Shown: piece after piece, positions 1 through 7,015 of the stretch
How positions within the stretch are numbered: the stretch's first letter is position 1
Layout: each line of letters begins with the position of its first letter
DNA from: Candidatus Heimdallarchaeota archaeon
Lineage (GTDB): Archaea; Asgardarchaeota; Heimdallarchaeia; Heimdallarchaeales; Heimdallarchaeaceae
NCBI GenBank assembly: GCA_021399395.1
Contig: JAAFKJ010000006.1
Location: 1 to 15,399 of the forward strand
Length of the DNA stretch: 15,399 bases
Direction of reading: 5' to 3'
Program-made: the position numbers and the translations under genes
The notes under the pieces: model-generated
What the model saw: the letters and a program-made list of their open reading frames with translations, nothing else
Told to the model about the DNA's origin: nothing
Database searches by the model: none

Positions 1-983
1 CCTCGCTCCTCTGCTTTATACTTGAGCAGAGAAAGGAGTTTGTGATAGGGGACGATAACAAACATCTGGGTGGTCTTCTTTTTCAACCTCAGCTGGTGTT
101 TCCACCCTGGATTATAACCGATGTAGATAGTGTGTAAACCCCGCTGCTGCCACAGATTGACTAAGAAGCTACTTAGCAGGTGGAAACAGTCTTTAACCTT
201 TCTTCGCCACTTTTCCTTGACTCGATAATAAGCTGGACCATAATGGAGTTTGTTCTTCTGCTTGAGTTGGACTCTTTGCTGTTGTGCATATTGTTCTTGT
301 AACTGACTGATTTTTTTCAAATAATATTGCATTATACTTTTGATTCCCTTCCCCTCGTCCTTGATAATAATCGGACGCGAGCCGATATTATCTACAAAGG
401 TCACGAGGTTGGTTAAACCCAGATCAACTGCGCCTTTTCGTTTGTTATTCTTCTGCACTTGCTTGGGGATGTGTTTGAGATAGATGATCTCTACCGTATA
501 CCCTACCCCTCTCGGAACTATTCTTACTTCTCGAAGATTGTCTGTTGCGTTCAGCCTAGTCTTGATAGTAAAAGCTATTTTCTTAGGTAAGATAAGGTGA
601 CCATTGCTGATCTTTGCTTGTTGATTAGAGATGATCGCAACCGTTTCCCCATTTTTAGGTTTATAGTGAGGTGAGCGAGGTGGTTCGAGGAATTTGGCAG
701 GTTGTTTCTTCCATTCCTTTCTTGCTTGGAAGAACGCTTTCCAGTTTCGGATAAGTAGTTTGAGAGTGTGTTGAGCTGTGTGAGCTGGGAGGATTCTATA
801 ACATTCTTCCTTTTTCATTGTTCTATCTAACTCATAATAAGAAAAGATGGTTCCTTGTTGCTGTAACTGTTGCTTATACCGATAATTTGCTCGATTGTAG
901 AGATTCTTTGTTTGATGGCAGAGTGCGCTCAAAGCTGGGTGAGGTGGAACTTCCATCACTTCTGCTCGAGGATAACTCTTCAT
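1..983 (-). CDS. tnpB: RNA-guided endonuclease TnpB (IS200/IS605/IS607-type), 3' end cut off by the window edge
   Basis: Not in the ORF track. Manual translation from ATG at 983 gives 327 open codons running to the edge: MKSYPRAEVMEVPPHPALSALCHQTKNLYNRANY...AQHTLKLLIRNWKAFF...PRSPHYK...LREVRIVP...YTVEIIY...GAVDLGLTNL (RuvC-I Asp)...KVKDCFHLLS...IYIGYNPGWK...FVIVPYHKLLSLLKYKAEERG. These are typical TnpB blocks. Confidence 0.93.
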   Translation of the reverse strand, partial: MKSYPRAEVMEVPPHPALSALCHQTKNLYNRANYRYKQQLQQQGTIFSYYELDRTMKKEECYRILPAHTAQHTLKLLIRNWKAFFQARKEWKKQPAKFLEPPRSPHYKPKNGETVAIISNQQAKISNGHLILPKKIAFTIKTRLNATDNLREVRIVPRGVGYTVEIIYLKHIPKQVQKNNKRKGAVDLGLTNLVTFVDNIGSRPIIIKDEGKGIKSIMQYYLKKISQLQEQYAQQQRVQLKQKNKLHYGPAYYRVKEKWRRKVKDCFHLLSSFLVNLWQQRGLHTIYIGYNPGWKHQLRLKKKTTQMFVIVPYHKLLSLLKYKAEER

Positions 984-1005
984 CCTTCCTTCATCTTGCT
1001 TTGGC

Positions 1006-1013
1006 TATAAAAA
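1006..1013 (-). promoter_or_regulatory. Putative TATA box for tnpB (leaderless transcript)
   Basis: Minus-strand TTTTTATA ends about 23 nt upstream of the ATG at 983, the spacing expected for archaeal leaderless mRNAs. Confidence 0.45.
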
Positions 1014-1111
1014 CCCCACAATTCTTTTCTTAATTACATAGTTACACAAAATTACATCATAATTCAAATTTACCCGATTCGATTCTTCCAAAAACCAATC
1101 CCCTTATTTTT

Positions 1112-1438
1112 CTAGCTAATCCCTTCAGCAAGCAACTCGCCTATTGCATCTGTTGTCATACTAAAGAAGGACACTAGTTCATCTTTGGAGTGAATTAGTT
1201 CGTATAGATTCTTCATGGGAAGATCATCCCCTTTTTCATCAACAAGCACGATTTCATAACCCAATCCCTTCCCTGATTGTCTCTCTTCTTTTAACCACTC
1301 CCTTTGGTCCTCAAAGAAATTCGTGAGAAAGGATTTGACGTTAGTGATGTTCTTAAGTTTATATCTGGTCAGTTCAAGTTTCTTCTCCTTTTCTTCGGCA
1401 TAAATTCTGAATACTAATTTCCAAGTCAAATTATTCAC
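1112..1438 (-). CDS. Hypothetical protein (108 aa), possible beta-grasp fold
   Basis: GTG start preceded by a GGTGA Shine-Dalgarno (1445-1449) and TTTATAAA (1469-1476). Normal protein-like composition; no family recognised with confidence. Confidence 0.7.
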   Translation of the reverse strand: MNNLTWKLVFRIYAEEKEKKLELTRYKLKNITNVKSFLTNFFEDQREWLKEERQSGKGLGYEIVLVDEKGDDLPMKNLYELIHSKDELVSFFSMTTDAIGELLAEGIS

Positions 1439-1610
1439 CTATTATCACCCTACTTATATGGTAATTGATTTATAAAGTGTTGAATTACTTTCTCGAGTTT
1501 AAATATGAATTTGCAGTTTTCCGTTTCTTCTAATGAGACTACCAAGAACCAAAAACTATAAGTTTTTAAAGACAAGATGTTCCTCTAACTTAGACAAAAA
1601 AGGTGATTAG

Positions 1611-1793
1611 ATGGGTCACGGATCGCTTCAAAAAGCAGGAAAAGTTAGAAAACAAACACCACAAGTTACAGCAAAAGAAAGACATAGTCCCATCCCAAGA
1701 AAGGGATTGAGAAATAAATATGTAAAGAGAGTAATTTTAGGCAAATTTGCTGGACAACCTTCAAGCATGGGTTCAAAACGACGTGGCAGATAA
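1611..1793 (+). CDS. rps30e: 30S ribosomal protein S30e (eS30)
   Basis: HGSLQKAGKVRKQTPQV matches the eS30 signature HGSLxxAGKVRxQTP. AGGTGA SD at 1601-1606 and TTTTTAAA TATA-like box near 1563-1570. Confidence 0.95.
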   Translation: MGHGSLQKAGKVRKQTPQVTAKERHSPIPRKGLRNKYVKRVILGKFAGQPSSMGSKRRGR

Positions 1794-1826
1794 TTACTTT
1801 TTATCATTTTTACCATTGTTTTTAAA

Positions 1827-3419
1827 ATGAATGACAGAGATAAGGCTTTACTAGAGATTAAGGAAAAACTACTAGCGTTAGAAGAACCTACAAGAAAAAT
1901 CCTTAGCCAAACAAAGCGAGACGTATCTAAACAATATCGTCTGAAAAATTTTCCTAAAAACAGTGAAATTTTAGCACTATGTGATTCTGAAGAGAGGCAA
2001 CAATTATTACCTATTTTAATTAAAAGAGTTGTTCGTACTCTTTCTGGAGTTGCTATAGTAGCTGTCATGACAAGACCTTGGGCATGCCCTCATGGTAAAT
2101 GTGTTATGTGTCCTGGCGGACCAGAAATAGAGCGACCTCAAAGTTATACAGGGTTTGAACCCACAACTCTTAGAGGAATACGTAATGATTATGACCCATT
2201 TTTACAAGCTGAGGAAAGAGTAAGACAACTAAATGCGATAGGTCATTCTACTGAAAAAATAGATGCAATTGTGATGGGAGGAACTTTTACTAACCAACCC
2301 ATCGAGTATCAACAATGGTTCATACTGCGACTGTTTGATGCATTTAATGGGGTGGATTCTAAAACTATTGAGGAAGCTCATAAAATCAATGAAACTACTA
2401 AACAAAGATGTGTTGGATTAACTGCTGAAACAAGACCAGATGAAATCAATCATGAAAAAATTGATCATTTACTAGATTACGGTGTAACTAGAATCGAAAT
2501 AGGTGTTCAGACAGTTTTTGATGATGTTTACAAAAAAATGCAAAGGGGACATACTACTAAGGATACAATCAATGCTTTCCAATTTATCAGAGATTCAGGG
2601 TTGAAATTAACTGCACATATGATGCCAGGTCTTCCTGGTTCCTCTATTGAAAGAGATATAGAATCTTTTGACATTCTCTTCAATACAAATGATTATCGAC
2701 CTGATGAAATCAAGATATATCCAACTATGGTTATACCAGGAACTAAGTTATATGAAGATTATTTGGCCGGTGAATACACCGCTTTAACAAATGAGTCAAC
2801 TGCTACACTAATAGCGAAAGTCAAAGAAAATGTTCCTCCTTATGTTCGAATTAAACGAGTTTTGCGAGATATCCCTGCCCACCAGATAGCAGCAGGACCC
2901 AACAAGAGTGATCTCCGATTAGATATTCTTTCAATCTTGGAAAGAGAAGGCAAAAAATGTAGGTGCATCAGATGTCGAGAAGTAGGTCATTTTGTTTACA
3001 AGACAAAGCAAGATATTAGTTCTGCAGATATTGAACTTGTTCATAGAACTTATGATGCCAGTAAAGGAAAAGAGCATTTTCTCTCTTTTGAAGAAACAAA
3101 AAATGATGTGATTATTGGCTTTCTAAGATTAAGAGAATTGAGTGAGAATCTGATAAGACCTGAGTTCAAGGAAAAGCCTACAATAGTTGTAAGAGAACTA
3201 CATGTCTATGGAGCGCTTCTTGGTTTAAGGTCGATTTACAAAGGTGATCTACAATGGCAACACAGGGGGTATGGTAAAGAACTCCTTTCCAAGGCAGAAG
3301 AAATTGGGAAAGAGAATAATTATGCTAAGATAGCTGTTATTTCAGGGATAGGTGTTCGTGAATATTATAGAAAACTAGGCTATACTTTGGATGGTCCTTA
3401 TATGTCTAAAACACTCTAG
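1827..3419 (+). CDS. elp3: tRNA uridine(34) acetyltransferase Elp3 (radical SAM + KAT/GNAT)
   Basis: RTLSGVAIVAVMT, CPHGKCVMCPGG (Elp3 CX4CX2C), PQSYTG, MGGTF, ETRPD, HMMPGLPG, KIYPT, CRCIRCREVG, RELHVYG, QHRGYG, VISGIGVREYYRKLGY. Confidence 0.97.
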   Translation: MNDRDKALLEIKEKLLALEEPTRKILSQTKRDVSKQYRLKNFPKNSEILALCDSEERQQLLPILIKRVVRTLSGVAIVAVMTRPWACPHGKCVMCPGGPEIERPQSYTGFEPTTLRGIRNDYDPFLQAEERVRQLNAIGHSTEKIDAIVMGGTFTNQPIEYQQWFILRLFDAFNGVDSKTIEEAHKINETTKQRCVGLTAETRPDEINHEKIDHLLDYGVTRIEIGVQTVFDDVYKKMQRGHTTKDTINAFQFIRDSGLKLTAHMMPGLPGSSIERDIESFDILFNTNDYRPDEIKIYPTMVIPGTKLYEDYLAGEYTALTNESTATLIAKVKENVPPYVRIKRVLRDIPAHQIAAGPNKSDLRLDILSILEREGKKCRCIRCREVGHFVYKTKQDISSADIELVHRTYDASKGKEHFLSFEETKNDVIIGFLRLRELSENLIRPEFKEKPTIVVRELHVYGALLGLRSIYKGDLQWQHRGYGKELLSKAEEIGKENNYAKIAVISGIGVREYYRKLGYTLDGPYMSKTL

Positions 3420-3491
3420 TTTTTAAGGTCATAATTGTGCTAAAAGCTAAACTTATATTGGTTTGTTCTTGCTTTAGCTTAACAAGCGAAT

Positions 3492-4532
3492 GTGTTTAAA
3501 ATGGTCCAGAAGAATAAATTAACCATTCTAGCAGATGTTGAGAGAATATTGCATACTTCAGAGTATGGTATAGCTCAGCTCTCTCAAGGAAGTAAAGCTT
3601 GTTTTGATATAATTGCAAAGAAAAAAGATCAACTCATTATCATCAAGATTGAGCCTTATATCGATAATTTTAGCAGAGACAATTCTTATGAATTGAAGAA
3701 CATTGCTTCTTTCCTCAATGCTTCTCCAATGATTATTGGTGAAAGAGGTAGAAGATTTTCTGAAATAGATGATGGATTAGTACTGCTGAGATATGGAATC
3801 CCTGTGGTAAGTACAGAGACTTTCAGCAATCTAATTGTGCATGGTGTTCCTCCTATTGTTTATTGCAGTAAAGGTGGGTATTTCGTTCAGATTGACCGCA
3901 AGAAATTAAGACAAGCACGTATTGAGAAAAATCTCAGTTATGCAGACTTAGCTCATCTTATAGGTACTACTCCTACAGAGCCTAACGAGCCTCCAAATGT
4001 GAGTGTTTCTAAAAGAACAGTCTATGAGTATGAACATTCAATAAATCCTCCACCTGAAACAGCATATTTGCTCGAAAAAGTGCTTGATACTCCAATCACT
4101 CAGGGGATAAAAATCTTCAACATAGATATCGAGAGAGAAGAAAGACCTGCTTATTCTCTTGAAAATCTTTCGACATTCAAAGAGGAAGTATCTGAAGTAT
4201 TGGAAGATTTAGGGTTTATTAGTCAATTCTGGACACGTCAATCTCCATTTGATGCTTTTGGTGAGCAAAAGAACTTAGATATACACAGCGGTTTGAATAT
4301 TTTAGTCTGTGTTGATGAATCTCAACAGAAGAAAGTTATGGAGAGGGCATCAATTACTCAGAATATTGCTGCATTGACCAAGAGAAGAGCTATAATGATT
4401 GTTGATGATCTTGATCAAGAAGTTAATCAGAATGTTCCTACTTTTACTCTTGAAGAACTGGAACAAATGAAAGAAGCATTTGATTTAGTCAAAAATTGGG
4501 TAAAGAAATACTCAGATTTAAAAGAAAGTTAA
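3492..4532 (+). CDS. Archaeal XRE/Cro-type HTH transcriptional regulator (COG1395-like); start may be ATG 3501
   Basis: N-terminal CFDIIAKK...IIIKI..YID block, RYGIPVVS.ETF, GGYFVQIDRKKLRQARIEKNLSYADLA...VSKRTVYEYE HTH and a second SPFD-containing domain. Confidence 0.85.
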   Translation: MFKMVQKNKLTILADVERILHTSEYGIAQLSQGSKACFDIIAKKKDQLIIIKIEPYIDNFSRDNSYELKNIASFLNASPMIIGERGRRFSEIDDGLVLLRYGIPVVSTETFSNLIVHGVPPIVYCSKGGYFVQIDRKKLRQARIEKNLSYADLAHLIGTTPTEPNEPPNVSVSKRTVYEYEHSINPPPETAYLLEKVLDTPITQGIKIFNIDIEREERPAYSLENLSTFKEEVSEVLEDLGFISQFWTRQSPFDAFGEQKNLDIHSGLNILVCVDESQQKKVMERASITQNIAALTKRRAIMIVDDLDQEVNQNVPTFTLEELEQMKEAFDLVKNWVKKYSDLKES

Positions 4533-4545
4533 GTTGGGAAAAATC

Positions 4546-5229
4546 TTATTTCTTCCCTACTATCATAATATGATCTTTTTCATAAGGTTCAAGATCTACA
4601 GTTTCTAACACAGTTAACCCATAAGATTCAAGTTTAGCAATTACTTCTTTGTAAATTACTTCTGGTTCTTTAGTCACATCTATGCTTCTTGATTTAACTG
4701 CTAAGAAGAAATATCCTCCATCTTTTAGAAATGTCTTGACGTTAGTATCTAAAATCTCAGCTTGGGAGGGTTGAGCAACATCTTCGTAAACAATATCCAC
4801 TTGAGGAACAATCATACTATATTCTTCTGGAAATCTTGCATCTGCATGAATGGGTAAAATATTCTTTCTTCGTTCTGAGACAGTCACTAAATCTCTCAAT
4901 GATCTTGCAGAGAATTCAACTGAATAAATGGCACCTTTATCACCAACCATGTCTGAAACATGAGAAACTGTTGTTCCTGAAGCTGCACCAAGATACAAAA
5001 TCTTTGAGTTCTCTTTAAAAGGAAAGTTTTGCATTTTATTGAAAATTGCTGCACCTAGTTTACTCTTGAAAGGATCAAAAGTTCTGTACTCAACTCCACC
5101 TTCATTGACAAGTCTCTCTGTGTATATCTTCCTTCCTGGATCAGCATTTTTTGTTGCTAATCTTACATTTCCATCTCTTAATGTAACCCAGTAAAGTTTG
5201 TCAAAATCGTGTTTTTTAATTTCTACCAT
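4546..5229 (-). CDS. flpA: Fibrillarin-like rRNA/tRNA 2'-O-methyltransferase
   Basis: EYRTFDPFKSKLGAAI, ILYLGAASGTTVSHVSD, YSVEFS, NILPIHADARFP, DVAQPSQA, KSRSIDVT, LEPYEKDH. No N-terminal GAR domain. ATG overlaps the nop5 TAA by 1 nt (TAATG). Confidence 0.97.
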   Translation of the reverse strand: MVEIKKHDFDKLYWVTLRDGNVRLATKNADPGRKIYTERLVNEGGVEYRTFDPFKSKLGAAIFNKMQNFPFKENSKILYLGAASGTTVSHVSDMVGDKGAIYSVEFSARSLRDLVTVSERRKNILPIHADARFPEEYSMIVPQVDIVYEDVAQPSQAEILDTNVKTFLKDGGYFFLAVKSRSIDVTKEPEVIYKEVIAKLESYGLTVLETVDLEPYEKDHIMIVGKK

Positions 5230-6539
5230 TAGTATCGCCTCTTCTTTTTGGGGTAATTGCCCTTCTTAGGTGGATATTTCCGTTGTCCTTGTTTTGATGA
5301 GCCATATCTCTGAGATCCCTGTCTTGATGATCCATGTCTTGGTGGTCCTGAACTCTGAGGTTGTTGACTCCTATCAATTGGTGGTTTCTTTCCTTCAGGA
5401 GGTTCTTTATATTTCTCTCTGATTTCTTCTATTTTCTGATCCACTTCTCTCTTTAGTTGATCACCCATGAACTCTCCTTGAAATGCATCTACTCTTGCAG
5501 CAATTGTTAATCTTCCAGCAATTGCTCTAGATATATTACCTCTTTGCCACCAGGGACAGCTATGTATTTCAGGCATTTGATAGATGATACCGTGTTTGGG
5601 TGGTTTTGCACCAGTCTTAAGAGCTCGGAAAAGAGCTTTTTCAGCTCCAAGTAATTGAATTGTACTTGCAGGTTTCATAGCTATCTCCATTAATCCTCCT
5701 GCTAAAGCAATCAAACGAGCTGCTATTGATGAACCTACAACTGCTTTCATGTTGGGGGCTATTCTACCCATCTCTCTCTCTATCCAAGATTCTAAACGAT
5801 CACGTTCATTGTAAAGATCAAGTGTGCTCTGAGCTAAACGTTGTAGCGGACGTAAGTCTTTATCTTCAAAGTGAGCTCCCATTGATTTTTTAGCTACTTC
5901 TACAATTTTCTTGCCTTTTTCAGTAGAAAATCCATAGTTTTGTAGAAGTTCTTCTGTGAAATTATCTCTTGATCCAATTTCAGTAATCAATTTACACAAG
6001 GTTACATGATTTGGAACTTCCTTTAGAGTCTCTGGAAAATGAACCCCATACCATTCACGAATCCTTGAAGTAAAAAGATTTGTAGTTTTATCAATGTCAT
6101 CCATTGATAGAATGGCATGAACTACGTTTTTATCAATTCTCTGAGAACTATACGCTATACTCTTCTTTGAGAGTGCAATACTTACTTCTCGAGTGAGTTC
6201 ATCTAATTCTTCCTCATTTTTGATAAATCCTTCTTGAACAAGAATTTTGGGGATTTGTGCAACTAATTCAGAATAATAATCTGCTTTGGTGAGTAGATCG
6301 CCTTTCTTTCCATTTACTCTTATGAAATTCAGAACATCAGAAGAGTTAGTTTCTATTTCTATATCTTCAATGTTACTCAGCAGGTCCTTTAAGAACTCTG
6401 AAAGAGTATATTTTGATAAATTGTGAATCTCTTCAGCTATTTCCTCAGCATTTTTTGCATATAACCTGAGATCTAGTAATTTGTTTCCTTCATCAAATAC
6501 GAAGAAGCCGCTTATATTCGCAATAATTCTAGTTGTCAT
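5229..6539 (-). CDS. nop5: Box C/D RNP scaffold Nop5 (Nop56/58)
   Basis: RIREWYGVHFPE, IAPNM, AARLIALAGGL, PASTIQLLGAEKALFRAL, PPKHGIIYQ, RGNISRAIAGRLTIAARVD, then a low-complexity basic C-terminal tail. Confidence 0.97.
   Translation of the reverse strand: MTTRIIANISGFFVFDEGNKLLDLRLYAKNAEEIAEEIHNLSKYTLSEFLKDLLSNIEDIEIETNSSDVLNFIRVNGKKGDLLTKADYYSELVAQIPKILVQEGFIKNEEELDELTREVSIALSKKSIAYSSQRIDKNVVHAILSMDDIDKTTNLFTSRIREWYGVHFPETLKEVPNHVTLCKLITEIGSRDNFTEELLQNYGFSTEKGKKIVEVAKKSMGAHFEDKDLRPLQRLAQSTLDLYNERDRLESWIEREMGRIAPNMKAVVGSSIAARLIALAGGLMEIAMKPASTIQLLGAEKALFRALKTGAKPPKHGIIYQMPEIHSCPWWQRGNISRAIAGRLTIAARVDAFQGEFMGDQLKREVDQKIEEIREKYKEPPEGKKPPIDRSQQPQSSGPPRHGSSRQGSQRYGSSKQGQRKYPPKKGNYPKKKRRY
5286..5339. 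repeat. Two-copy 30-nt-period tandem repeat in the nop5 tail
   Basis: tccttgttttgatgagccatatct (5286-5309) versus tccctgtcttgatgatccatgtct (5316-5339), 20/24 identical; encodes RHGSSRQG and RYGSSKQG. Confidence 0.85.
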
Positions 6540-6613
6540 AGCACTTACAAGAAAATTAAGAAAAATTGAAGATAAAAAAGATTTTGATGGTCAATCAAAG
6601 AATAAAATCAGCA

Positions 6614-6892
6614 TTAAGCTGGTGTTGGTTGGCTTGTTTTTGATTGTTGAATTAAATCTTTTAAACCTAAATCCATTTCAGGATTGATACCGATCAATGA
6701 TGATCGCATGTCTTCGAAATTTGCTCTATTAACTAAAACTGTTCTATCGAGTAATTGTCTAACGGTGTATCGTATAGCTCGTGGTTTGGTTTCCTTCAAA
6801 CTATCAATAATTTCTTTCTGAGTTAATGCTCCCTTCTCCCCTAGTAAATCAAGGACTTCGTTTGATCCTTTTGGTAATCTTTCCCTTTTCAT
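6614..6892 (-). CDS. Small winged-helix (MarR/ArsR-like) DNA-binding protein
   Basis: LPKGSNEVLDLLGEKGALTQKEII...PRAIRYTVRQLLD...NFEDMR resembles the archaeal wHTH pattern LP.S...V...L...G.LTQKEI...RTVRYAL..L...DxR. Confidence 0.85.
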   Translation of the reverse strand: MKRERLPKGSNEVLDLLGEKGALTQKEIIDSLKETKPRAIRYTVRQLLDRTVLVNRANFEDMRSSLIGINPEMDLGLKDLIQQSKTSQPTPA

Positions 6893-6930
6893 TTTTCATT
6901 CACTTCTGAGGGTGTGCAATTTTTATCCTC

Positions 6931-6955
6931 ATATGTGTATTATTAATGCACATAT
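6931..6955. promoter_or_regulatory. Palindromic operator candidate ATATGTGTATTA-T-TAATGCACATAT
   Basis: 11 of 12 arm positions are complementary. It overlaps the 3' edge of the minus-strand TATA box and covers the expected initiation region of the wHTH gene. Confidence 0.65.
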
Positions 6956-6967
6956 ATAAACCTTTTG
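6953..6967 (-). promoter_or_regulatory. BRE + TATA box of the wHTH gene
   Basis: Minus strand reads CAAAAGG-TTTATATA, matching archaeal BRE/TATA, about 60 nt upstream of ATG 6892. Confidence 0.65.
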
Positions 6968-7015
6968 AAAACGAGTGTGTAGATGCATACATAGACGGTT
7001 TTGTGAAAAAAGAAA

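Larger units (their letters stand above)
1..1110 (-). mobile_element. Probable non-autonomous tnpB-only IS element; boundaries uncertain
   Basis: No tnpA (Y1 HUH or serine recombinase) lies upstream of tnpB. Spot-counted 60-nt lines are about 45% GC in tnpB versus about 28% in a host-gene line. The left end probably lies in 984-1110; the right end and omegaRNA are outside the window. Confidence 0.6.

Noticed and set aside
818-1033. 71-aa + strand ORF
   Set aside because: Antisense shadow of the tnpB 5' end and promoter.
1112-1438. Upstream ORF considered as the tnpA partner of tnpB
   Set aside because: No HUH/Tyr motif and no serine-recombinase YxRVS motif.
1560-1793. Ubiquitin-like fusion to S30e
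   Set aside because: S30e starts at its own SD and ATG with a TAG immediately before it, and the neighbouring ORF is on the opposite strand.
1628-2068. 146-aa minus-strand ORF
   Set aside because: Antisense to rps30e and elp3, with no recognisable motif.
3964-4003. Spliceosomal-looking GT...CTAAC...AG segment coinciding with the HTH insertion
   Set aside because: It is 40 nt, so removal would frameshift the gene; only a 39-nt excision restores IGVS. No spliceosome is known in archaea.
6583-6599. TTTGAT-N5-ATCAAA inverted repeat upstream of nop5
   Set aside because: Only 6-bp AT-rich arms, expected by chance at this composition.
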